Below are positions 18,930 through 26,752 of a stretch of 64,000 nucleotides of DNA, in pieces (positions within the stretch are counted from its first letter, which is position 1; every line of letters begins with the position of its first letter). The position numbers and the translations under genes were made by a program. Source of the stretch: Alphaproteobacteria bacterium (GTDB lineage: Bacteria > Pseudomonadota > Alphaproteobacteria > GCA-2731375); NCBI GenBank assembly GCA_965232515.1, contig CBDDPY010000002.1, forward strand, positions 3,872,001 through 3,936,000. The letters are read 5' to 3'. Below the pieces are notes generated by a model. The model saw only the letters and a list, made by a program, of their open reading frames with translations. It did no database searches and was not told the DNA's origin.

Positions 18930-19533
18930 TGCATGCGATCCGGATCTCCCGGCCAATCCCCCAGCCGTCCATGGCCGAGCCGATCTGCACGTCCTGGCTG
19001 GTGTCGAAATAGCAATCGACCGGCCAGTCGCCGCGCACCCGGACCGGGTCGTGCTCGTCGAGGATCAAGGCGACGTAGAACGTTATGTCGAACATGGCAA
19101 ACACCAGTTCGTCGCGGCGCGGATCGACCCCGTCCGGCAGCGGCACGGTAAAGGCATAGGTGACGATCTCGTTCTTCACGTCGGCCGAGAAATCGTCGAC
19201 CGCGCTGTAGTCGAACGCCTCTCCATTCACGCGGATGTGGGTGAAATAGCCGAAATCCTTGAGCGAACCGAGGCTCTGGTCGGCGATACCGTCAACTTCG
19301 GCGGCGTTGAAACGGCGGTCCCGGTCCTTGTCGAAATCCTCCAACAGCAACAGGCTGAAAAAGTCATCGAAGGTCCAACTGACCCGGATGCCGCGGATCT
19401 CGCCGTCGCGATAGTCCAGCTCGGCGAAGGCGTTGATCCAGACATGGGGATGCGCCTGCGCTGCGCCAGCGGCAACGCCCGCGACGGCCAACACCATGGC
19501 GCCGGCCAGCCAACGACAGACGGATCGCAACAT
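18919..19533 (-). CDS. DUF1007 family periplasmic metal-binding protein (ZevA-like)
   Basis: Signal peptide then HPHVWI, WTFDDFFS, DITFYV; overlaps the NicO-family gene. Confidence 0.88.
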   Translation of the reverse strand: MLRSVCRWLAGAMVLAVAGVAAGAAQAHPHVWINAFAELDYRDGEIRGIRVSWTFDDFFSLLLLEDFDKDRDRRFNAAEVDGIADQSLGSLKDFGYFTHIRVNGEAFDYSAVDDFSADVKNEIVTYAFTVPLPDGVDPRRDELVFAMFDITFYVALILDEHDPVRVRGDWPVDCYFDTSQDVQIGSAMDGWGIGREIRIACNDG

Positions 19534-19591
19534 CTCCCCGCCTCCATCAGAAGCTCAGGCAGGTCATTATATGGCGTGTCGCGGCTTAATT

Positions 19592-20389
19592 TCACCTTAA
19601 CCAAATGCGTTTCGGCCGGACGATCAGCGAAACGCCGAACAACGCCGCCGCGGCCACGACGATCGCCGGACCCGACGGCAGATCCCAGAGCAGCGAGCTT
19701 TGCAGGCCGAGGCCGACCGTAAGACAGCCGATCAGGCTCGCCAACAAGCCCATCTGCAACGGCGTGCGCGCGAATTGCCGCGCCGCTGCCGCCGGAATGA
19801 TCAGCAGCGAGGTCACCAGCAGGATACCAACGACCTTCATGGCAAGCGCGATCACCACCGCGATCAGCAACATGAAAGCGATCTGGGTGCGCAGCACCGG
19901 CACGCCCTCGACGCGCGCCAGGTCCTCGTGCACGGTGATCGACAGCAACGGCCGCCAGAGCACCGCCATCAGACCGACCGCCGCGATACCGCCGGCATAG
20001 ATCATGTAGATGTCTGTCGTGCCGACGGCCAGGATGTCGCCGAACAGATACGACACCAGGTCGACGCGCAGGGTCTCCATAAAGGCAATCGCCACCAGCC
20101 CCAGCGACAGCGCGCTGTGCGAGAGAATCCCCAGCAGCGTGTCGTCGGCGAGCCCGCGTTGCTGCCGCAGAATCACCAGCAAGATGGCCAGCAGGACGCA
20201 GGTCGCGACGATGCCGAGGCTGACATTGATGCCGAGTAGGAATCCCAGCGCCACGCCCAGCAACGCCGAATGCGCCAGCGTGTCGCCGAAATAGGCCATG
20301 CGCCGCCAGACCACGAAGGCGCCCAAGGGCCCCATGCAGGCGGCGATCCCGACGCCGGCGACGAACGCCCGCAGGATGAAGCTATCCAT
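19592..20389 (-). CDS. znuB: Zinc ABC transporter permease
   Basis: GPLGAFVVWRRMAYFGDTLAHSALLG, DTLLGILSHSALS, YLFGDIL, LLIIPAAAAR. Confidence 0.95.
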   Translation of the reverse strand: MDSFILRAFVAGVGIAACMGPLGAFVVWRRMAYFGDTLAHSALLGVALGFLLGINVSLGIVATCVLLAILLVILRQQRGLADDTLLGILSHSALSLGLVAIAFMETLRVDLVSYLFGDILAVGTTDIYMIYAGGIAAVGLMAVLWRPLLSITVHEDLARVEGVPVLRTQIAFMLLIAVVIALAMKVVGILLVTSLLIIPAAAARQFARTPLQMGLLASLIGCLTVGLGLQSSLLWDLPSGPAIVVAAAALFGVSLIVRPKRIWLR

Positions 20390-21176
20390 GGGACGCGTCC
20401 TTGTCCCGGTCGGTGTCCTGCTCGATTGCCACGGGCGCACCAGAGATATCGTGGTCGTGGCCGTGATGGTGTGTGTAGACCGCTAGGGATTCGCCGACCC
20501 TGGGCCCGAACAGGGCCAGATATTCGGGGTGCTGGCTGACGTCGTCCGGTCGGCCGCTGCAGCAGACATGTCCGTTCAGGCACAGCACCCGATCGGTCGC
20601 CGCCATGACCAGATGCAGATCGTGCGAGACCAGCAGGATGCCGCAGTGACGGCGCCGGCGGATCGTCTGGATCAGCTCGTACAGCTCGGCCTGCCCGCCG
20701 ACGTCGACATTCGCCATCGGCTCGTCCAGCACCAGCAGGTCGGGATCGCGCAACAGGGCGCGGGCCAGCATCACGCGCCGGACCTCGCCGCCCGACAGGT
20801 CATGAAAACCGGCGGCCAGCAGGTTCGGCACGCCGACCTCCAGCAACGCCTGCTGCATGCTGTCGGTCGGCACGCGCCGGCCCAGCAACAGAAACTGCCG
20901 CACTGTAAGCGGCAGCGTCCGGTCGATCTGCAGATGCTGCGGCACGTAGCCGATGACGATGCCATCCTCCCGCTGCAACCGGCCGGCGCTCGGCTTCATC
21001 AGCCCCAGAAGAACCCGGATCAGCGTCGTCTTGCCGGAACCGTTCGGTCCGATCAGCGTGACAATCTCATCGCGATGCACGGCGATATCGACATGATCGA
21101 GGATCGCCCGGTCGCCGCGCCGGACACTGATCTCCCAGCCCGAGACGAGGGCGGGACGGCTATCGGCGTCAGGCAT
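20382..21176 (-). CDS. znuC: Zinc ABC transporter ATP-binding protein (start may extend to 21200)
   Basis: GPNGSGKTT, LSGGE, VSHDLHLVMAATDRVLCLNGHVCCSG, YTHHHGHDHD. Confidence 0.95.
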   Translation of the reverse strand: MPDADSRPALVSGWEISVRRGDRAILDHVDIAVHRDEIVTLIGPNGSGKTTLIRVLLGLMKPSAGRLQREDGIVIGYVPQHLQIDRTLPLTVRQFLLLGRRVPTDSMQQALLEVGVPNLLAAGFHDLSGGEVRRVMLARALLRDPDLLVLDEPMANVDVGGQAELYELIQTIRRRRHCGILLVSHDLHLVMAATDRVLCLNGHVCCSGRPDDVSQHPEYLALFGPRVGESLAVYTHHHGHDHDISGAPVAIEQDTDRDKDASHG

Positions 21177-21684
21177 CCCGTCCCCGCTCGTCATGCGCAT
21201 CGCTGCAATCGGGGCACATGCCGCTGACTTCGATGGTCTGGTGGCGCACCGCGAACCCCAGATCGCGGGCCTTCGCCAACACGCGTTTGGCGATGTCGGG
21301 ATCGTCCAGTTCCGCGACCGACTGACAGCCGTCGCAAATCAGGAACTGGCCGCGATGCGGCGCATCGGGCTGCACGCAGCCGATATAGGCGTTTAGCGAT
21401 TCGAGCTTGTGGATCAGGCCATGCTCCAGCAGGAAATCGAGCGCGCGATAGACCGTCGGGGGCGCGGCCCCATCGTGCTCGCTGCGCAGCTGGTCCAGCA
21501 GATCGTAAGCCCGCGTCGGCTTGTGCGCTGCCCACAGCATTTCGAATACGCGCCGCCGCAAATGGGTGAGGCGCGCGTTGCGCCGGGCGCAAACTGCCTC
21601 GGCCGCTGCCAGTGCATCGGCCACACACTGCCCATGATCGTGGCCGCGCGCCGCGAAACCCGATTCGGTATTGGATGTATCCAT
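21169..21684 (-). CDS. zur: Fur-family zinc uptake regulator
   Basis: HDHGQCV, APPTVYRALDFL, HKLESLNAYIGC, CDGC and CPDC; located within the znu cluster. Confidence 0.93.
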   Translation of the reverse strand: MDTSNTESGFAARGHDHGQCVADALAAAEAVCARRNARLTHLRRRVFEMLWAAHKPTRAYDLLDQLRSEHDGAAPPTVYRALDFLLEHGLIHKLESLNAYIGCVQPDAPHRGQFLICDGCQSVAELDDPDIAKRVLAKARDLGFAVRHQTIEVSGMCPDCSDAHDERGRDA

Positions 21685-21730
21685 CGCCAGCCTTTGACCC
21701 TGTCGGCAAATTGATTGCCGCACCTAGAGC

Positions 21731-21749
21731 AATGTTATACTGTTTCATT
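21731..21749. promoter_or_regulatory. Putative Zur box between divergent zur-znuCB and znuA
   Basis: AATGTTATA-C-TGTTTCATT, similar to the proteobacterial Zur palindrome AATGTTATA-N-TATAACATT. Confidence 0.7.
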
Positions 21750-21783
21750 AACCGTGTGAAACAGATGATCGGGAACCTAGCAG

Positions 21784-22872
21784 ATGAGGCCCTGGCTGAG
21801 CAGATGGGCAGCGCCGGCTGCCACCACCATTGTCGGTATCATGAGCGCCGGCATGGTTCACGCAGATGCGCCGGACATCGTCGTCACCATCAAACCTTTG
21901 CATTCGCTCGTCGCTGGCGTCAGCGAGGGCGTGACGACCCCCCACTTGCTGCTCAAGGGCGGCGCGTCGCCGCATACCTATGCCATGCGACCGTCGGACG
22001 CGAAAGCAACCGAGCAGGCCGATGTCATCTTCTGGGTCGGCCCGGAACTTGAAACCTTCTTCGAACGCACCGTCGATGCGCTCGGCCGCAAGGCGCGCGT
22101 CGTTGCCCTTGCCGACGATGCCGGCCTGACGCTGCTCGAGGCGCGCGAAGGCGGCACCTGGGAGGCCCATGACGATCACGCGCACGGTCACGATGATCAT
22201 GGTCACGACGACCACGGCCATGACGACCATGCAAAAAAAGATGATGACCACGACGATCATGCGCATGAGAAACATGACGATCATGCGCATGAGAAACACG
22301 ACGATCACGCGCATGAGAAGCACGCCGGCCACGACGATCATGACGGCCATCACGTCGATGCCCATGTCTGGCTCGATCCGGACAACGCCAGGAAAATCGT
22401 CGACAATGCCGTCGCGGTGTTGAGCGATATCGATCCCGAGAACGCCGGCCGTTATGCCGAGAACGGCAACCGCATGCGGGCCCGCATCGACGCCATGGAC
22501 AAGGACATCGCCACGGCGTTATCGACCGTAAAATCGAAGCCGTACATCGTGTTCCACGACGCTTATCAGTATTTCGAACGGCATTACGGTCTGAACGCGA
22601 CCGGTTCCATCACCACCAGTCCGGAAAACCGTCCCGGCGCCAAGCGGCTTTACGAGATCCGCAAGAAAATTGCGGACCTCGGCGCCGTCTGCGTGTTCAG
22701 CGAGCCGCAGTTCGAACCGGCCCTCGTCAACACGCTGATCGAGGGCACGCCGGCCCGTAACGGCGAACTCGATCCGGTAGGCGCCGCCATACCCGAAGGG
22801 CCCGACGCCTATTTCGCCATAATGACCGATCTCGCCGACTCCATTCGGACCTGCCTGCAACCCGCGACCTGA
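21784..22872 (+). CDS. znuA: Zinc ABC transporter substrate-binding protein with long His/Asp-rich loop
   Basis: VVTIKPLHSLV, ASPHTYAMRPSDA, DAHVWLDP, FHDAYQYFE, CVFSEPQF. Confidence 0.96.
   Translation: MRPWLSRWAAPAATTIVGIMSAGMVHADAPDIVVTIKPLHSLVAGVSEGVTTPHLLLKGGASPHTYAMRPSDAKATEQADVIFWVGPELETFFERTVDALGRKARVVALADDAGLTLLEAREGGTWEAHDDHAHGHDDHGHDDHGHDDHAKKDDDHDDHAHEKHDDHAHEKHDDHAHEKHAGHDDHDGHHVDAHVWLDPDNARKIVDNAVAVLSDIDPENAGRYAENGNRMRARIDAMDKDIATALSTVKSKPYIVFHDAYQYFERHYGLNATGSITTSPENRPGAKRLYEIRKKIADLGAVCVFSEPQFEPALVNTLIEGTPARNGELDPVGAAIPEGPDAYFAIMTDLADSIRTCLQPAT
22249..22320 (+). repeat. 24-bp tandem repeat x3 encoding HDDHAHEK in znuA
   Basis: CAYGACGATCAYGCGCATGAGAAR, three consecutive copies. 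Confidence 0.85.
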
Positions 22873-22930
22873 CCGAACGCGTTCCTTCGACGTCATGAGC
22901 GACGAAATCGGTTCGTCACTTTCTCATTTC

Positions 22931-22950
22931 ATTACGTTATAACATAATTA
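22931..22950. promoter_or_regulatory. Putative Zur box upstream of the outer-membrane barrel gene
   Basis: ATTACGTTATAACATAAT, a near-perfect palindrome containing GTTATAACAT, about 45 nt upstream of the ATG. Confidence 0.75.
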
Positions 22951-22995
22951 ATCGGCGTCTCTGTCCGCGCCATCAGCTCAATTGGGGGAGTATCC

Positions 22996-24528
22996 ATGCG
23001 ACACCTACGCCTTGTCTGTTTCGTGTCTGCGGTTGTGGGAATGGCGCTCGCGCCAGTCGGACTTAGCCATGCGCAAACGACGAGCGATACCGACGCGCGC
23101 CTGCGCCTGCTCGAGGCCACGCTGCAGGATCTGCTGGCGCGAGATCAGGAAAAGGACCGGTTGATCGAGCAACTGCAGGCGGAACTGGCCCGGCTGCGGG
23201 CCGGCGACCGGACGCCGCCCCATGGCGCCGCGGGTCACACCGATACCCATGCCCATACCCATGCACAGGCACCGACCGACGCGCGGTCCAAGCCCGCAGG
23301 CGAACATGGTCATGCCCACGGTGCCCATGGCGCCGATGGTGAGGGCGGCGGCGACCTGTTCGCCGTCGAGGTCGGCGACGGCGTCACCGCGCGCATGAAG
23401 CGGATCGGTGTCGATGTCGCGCTCGCGGCCGGCTACTCGTCGGAGACCGAGCAGGAGACCATCGAACAGCTACAGGGCGGCGGTCACGATCCGCGTCAAA
23501 ACGGCTTCACCGTGCGGACGGTCGACCTGTCGCTGATCGGCGGCCTCGATCCCTATTTCGACGCCGAAGTGCATATCGCCTTCTTCCTCGATCCCGAAGG
23601 CGAAACCCAGGTCGAGCTGGAGGAGGCCTTCCTGCGCACGCAGACGACGCCGGTCGAGCTCGAGGTCGGCCAGATGTTCACGGAATTCGGCGCCTTCAAT
23701 CCGAAGCACGTGCACGATTGGGACTGGCTGGATCAGCCGGTGGTGAACACGCGCATGTTCGGCGAGGACGGCATCCGCGGGCCTGGCTTCCGCCTCGGCT
23801 GGTCGCCTGTCGAGCAGATCACGCTGCATGCGGGCATGCAGAACGCCAAGGGCGAGACGATGGTCAGTTTTCTCTCGAGCGACGAGGCCTTCGAGGAACG
23901 CCCGCTCGGCGGTCGCGCCTTCAACGAGCGTAACGTCGACAGCTTCGAGGAGTTCGTCTACCTCGCCCGCGTGGCGACGCATTTCGACGTCGGCGGCGCC
24001 CATGTCGACCTCGGCGCCTCCGGCCTTTACGGTCCCAACGCCACGGGCGGCGACGGCGAGACCTATATCGTCGGCGCCGACCTGACGGTCAACGCCAAGC
24101 TCGGCGAGACGCGCTATCTGCGCTGGCAGTCGGAAGCGATGTACCGCGGCTACGATGCCGATGACGATCCCGCGAACGGCTTCGTCTCCGACGATCTCGA
24201 CGACTACGGCCTCTATACCCAGCTCTTGGTCGGCTTCAATCGCGCCTGGGCGGGCGGTCTGCGCTATGAGTATGTCAGCGGCGATGGCGCCAGCGTCGGC
24301 GACTTCGCCGACCGCGACGCGGATCCGTTCCGGTCCGACCGGCACCGCATTTCGCCGTTGCTGCAATGGCAGTTCGCGCCGACCGCCAAGATCCGGTTGC
24401 AGTACAACTACGACGATGCCGACTTCCTCGAGGACGGCAGCGACGCGCACGCGATCTGGCTCGGTTTCGACTGGTCGTTCGGCGCCGGTTCCGCCGGGCA
24501 CGGCCATGACGACGGTCATGCGCACTGA
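22996..24528 (+). CDS. Zinc-regulated outer-membrane beta-barrel protein with His-rich segments
   Basis: Signal peptide, coiled coil, His-rich linker, LDPYFDA..ELEEAF, NPKHVHDWDW, alternating beta-strand pattern, KIRLQYNYD, His-rich tail GHGHDDGHAH. Confidence 0.75.
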   Translation: MRHLRLVCFVSAVVGMALAPVGLSHAQTTSDTDARLRLLEATLQDLLARDQEKDRLIEQLQAELARLRAGDRTPPHGAAGHTDTHAHTHAQAPTDARSKPAGEHGHAHGAHGADGEGGGDLFAVEVGDGVTARMKRIGVDVALAAGYSSETEQETIEQLQGGGHDPRQNGFTVRTVDLSLIGGLDPYFDAEVHIAFFLDPEGETQVELEEAFLRTQTTPVELEVGQMFTEFGAFNPKHVHDWDWLDQPVVNTRMFGEDGIRGPGFRLGWSPVEQITLHAGMQNAKGETMVSFLSSDEAFEERPLGGRAFNERNVDSFEEFVYLARVATHFDVGGAHVDLGASGLYGPNATGGDGETYIVGADLTVNAKLGETRYLRWQSEAMYRGYDADDDPANGFVSDDLDDYGLYTQLLVGFNRAWAGGLRYEYVSGDGASVGDFADRDADPFRSDRHRISPLLQWQFAPTAKIRLQYNYDDADFLEDGSDAHAIWLGFDWSFGAGSAGHGHDDGHAH

Positions 24529-24616
24529 GACCAGACGGCTTCCGGCAGCGGCGACTTCGCGTGCTTTCCTCCCCAAGGATTGACGAAAACGCGGATGGGG
24601 CTGACTGCCAGAGCGG

Positions 24617-24650
24617 TGGCATGCGGGTGGCGTATCTCACCCGCATGCCA
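24617..24650. terminator. Hairpin between convergent genes
   Basis: TGGCATGCGGGTG-N8-CACCCGCATGCCA, a perfect 13-bp stem. Confidence 0.6.
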
Positions 24651-24661
24651 TCACCTGCTTT

Positions 24662-25126
24662 TCAGATCTTCGATTCCTGAGCCTGGTCGAGGAAAAGGTC
24701 GCTGAGATCGGCCGTCGGCACCCAGCAGACGTCTTTCTTGCCGAACCAGCGGTAGCGGCGGTTGCCGATGAAATCGTAGACCGCGTTACGGGCAAACGGC
24801 GGGATCACCAGGAATGCCGCCATCAGCGGCCAGGCGCCGCTCAGCCGCCGGCAAACCCTGAGCGCGGCCGACGACTTCACATGCACCCGTCCGTCGGCGA
24901 TCAGGATCACGGTGCTGAGGTCGGGAATCGTCGCATCGTGGGCCGCCAACAGCCGCTGGCCGATCTCGGACTGCAGCGAGGCGAAGCGGAACCGGCGGCC
25001 GGAATCGCGGGCGATCACGAACTGCACGCTCGCCTGACACAGATTGCAGACGCCGTCGAACAGGATCACGTCCGTCGCCGCCGCTGCGGCGACGTCCGGC
25101 GTCGGACTGGCGGTTGAGATCGACAT
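24662..25126 (-). CDS. DCC family thiol-disulfide oxidoreductase (DUF393)
   Basis: ILFDGVCNLC (DxxCxxC), FRFASLQS, KSSAAL, YDFIGNRRYRWFGKKDVC. Confidence 0.93.
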   Translation of the reverse strand: MSISTASPTPDVAAAAATDVILFDGVCNLCQASVQFVIARDSGRRFRFASLQSEIGQRLLAAHDATIPDLSTVILIADGRVHVKSSAALRVCRRLSGAWPLMAAFLVIPPFARNAVYDFIGNRRYRWFGKKDVCWVPTADLSDLFLDQAQESKI

Positions 25127-25174
25127 AGCCTTACGAATATGGCGACTGCCGATGCGCCTGTCCAACTGCCGGTA

Positions 25175-26539
25175 TCACTGCGGCAGCCAGTCGGGCCGTT
25201 GGTCGTGGGGCAGGAACGGCTGGTCCAGCGGCAGGATCCAATCAGCGTGCTGCAGATTGCGCTCGATTTTCGTCAGGTCGCGGGTCGGATCGACCAACGG
25301 CGCCGGCAGCCGGCCGTTCAGCGAGATCATGACCGTGGCGCGCACCTCCGGATCCTCGACGCCTTCCAGATCCTGCCAGAGCTGCTCCAGCTTGTAGGCC
25401 CATTGCAGGATCATGTCGGGATGCATGCGCATCTTGTATTTCGTAACGTCGACCTTCCACTGCCGGTTGGTGGCCGGATCGGTGACCTCGAACACTGCTT
25501 CGGTGACCCGCTTCTGCCGCAGTTTCATGCGCCAGGCGAAGCGGTGCCCCTCCTCGTTCCAGGCGACGTCGCCGGGATAGGCATAGTGCCTGAGCGGCAC
25601 CAGCACCTGCGCCGCGAACCAGAGCGCCAGGAATCCGGCGACAACGCCGAAATGCGCCCGCGACACCGGCGGTGCCACGCCCAGCGCCGCCGCGCGCATC
25701 GGCAGCCCGCGCAAGCGCTGCCAGACCTGTTTCGGCCAGTCCGGATCGAAGAAGATCAGCGTGCCGAAGAGCGTCAGCCACGGGAAGATGCCGATCTCGA
25801 AGAACGCCGCGTTCATGCCGTGGAAGAACACGTAGGACACGAAGACCCAGGCGCGCGTCTTGCGGAACAGCAGCAACGGCGCGCCGATCAGATGCAGGGC
25901 GATGGCGCCGTAGGCCGCCGCCGCCACCACCCAGGTCTCGGTGAAATAGGCGCCGATCAGTGGAAAATCGGGCTGCGCCGCCATCCACATGCGCATCGGC
26001 TCCAACCGTAGCCAGTCGGCGTTGACCTTGACGATGCCGGCGTAGAGCAGCATGACCTCGAACTGGGCCCGGATGGACCAGACCGACCAGTTCGGCACGG
26101 TCGCCTCGCGCAGGCGCGGCCACAGCCAGGCGTCCAGTGAATAGCCCCGGTGCGCCGGCGCCACGGCCAGCAGGAAGGCCAGCAGCGAGGCGAAGTAGAA
26201 GTGGTTCTTGTACTGGTTCTGGTCGATCAGGAAGATGAAGGTGAAAGCCAGAAACAGACCGATGGCGGCCAAACGATAGAACAGGCCGACCGTGACCAGC
26301 GCCGCCAGCACGCCCAGGATGGCGAAGTGCCAGTACATGCCGTCGCCGGGCCAGGGCTGGACCCATTCGAAACCGTAATATTTGAAGAACCACTGCGGCT
26401 TGACGTAGTTCTTCTCGATCCAGCCCTTGCCGAAATAGCGGCTGACCTCCCACAGCATGATGAGGCCAAAACTGACCCGGAACACCGCCAGCGAGGCGGC
26501 GTCGACGGGCCGGAACATCCACTCGCGCAGTTGCGTCAT
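25175..26539 (-). CDS. HTTM-domain / vitamin K-dependent gamma-carboxylase-like membrane protein
   Basis: FRPVDAASLAVFRVSFG, YKNHFYF, YAGIVKVNADW, FHGMNAAFFEIGIFPW, EEGHRFAWRMKLR, HPDMILQWA, SLNGR..PLVDPTRDL, WILPL. Confidence 0.9.
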   Translation of the reverse strand: MTQLREWMFRPVDAASLAVFRVSFGLIMLWEVSRYFGKGWIEKNYVKPQWFFKYYGFEWVQPWPGDGMYWHFAILGVLAALVTVGLFYRLAAIGLFLAFTFIFLIDQNQYKNHFYFASLLAFLLAVAPAHRGYSLDAWLWPRLREATVPNWSVWSIRAQFEVMLLYAGIVKVNADWLRLEPMRMWMAAQPDFPLIGAYFTETWVVAAAAYGAIALHLIGAPLLLFRKTRAWVFVSYVFFHGMNAAFFEIGIFPWLTLFGTLIFFDPDWPKQVWQRLRGLPMRAAALGVAPPVSRAHFGVVAGFLALWFAAQVLVPLRHYAYPGDVAWNEEGHRFAWRMKLRQKRVTEAVFEVTDPATNRQWKVDVTKYKMRMHPDMILQWAYKLEQLWQDLEGVEDPEVRATVMISLNGRLPAPLVDPTRDLTKIERNLQHADWILPLDQPFLPHDQRPDWLPQ

Positions 26540-26752
26540 GGCTCAACCGAATCGGTCGTCGTCAATATTCCTGCCTGATAGCGAAGCTGGAGGCCGCGAC
26601 GCAAGCATCCTCTCGGTGATTTCAACCGGTCAGGCTGGAGATTGTTGGAATTCCGCCACATATTCACCACAAAGCGAGACAAGGATACAGCCGGTCCGGC
26701 AGCGGATAGCGCCCGGATCGTGCATGACGAGCACCTCTCGGGGAGGAGCAAC

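Noticed and set aside
22169-22350. Repeats in znuA as a CRISPR array
   Set aside because: In-frame coding repeats with no unique spacers and no cas genes.
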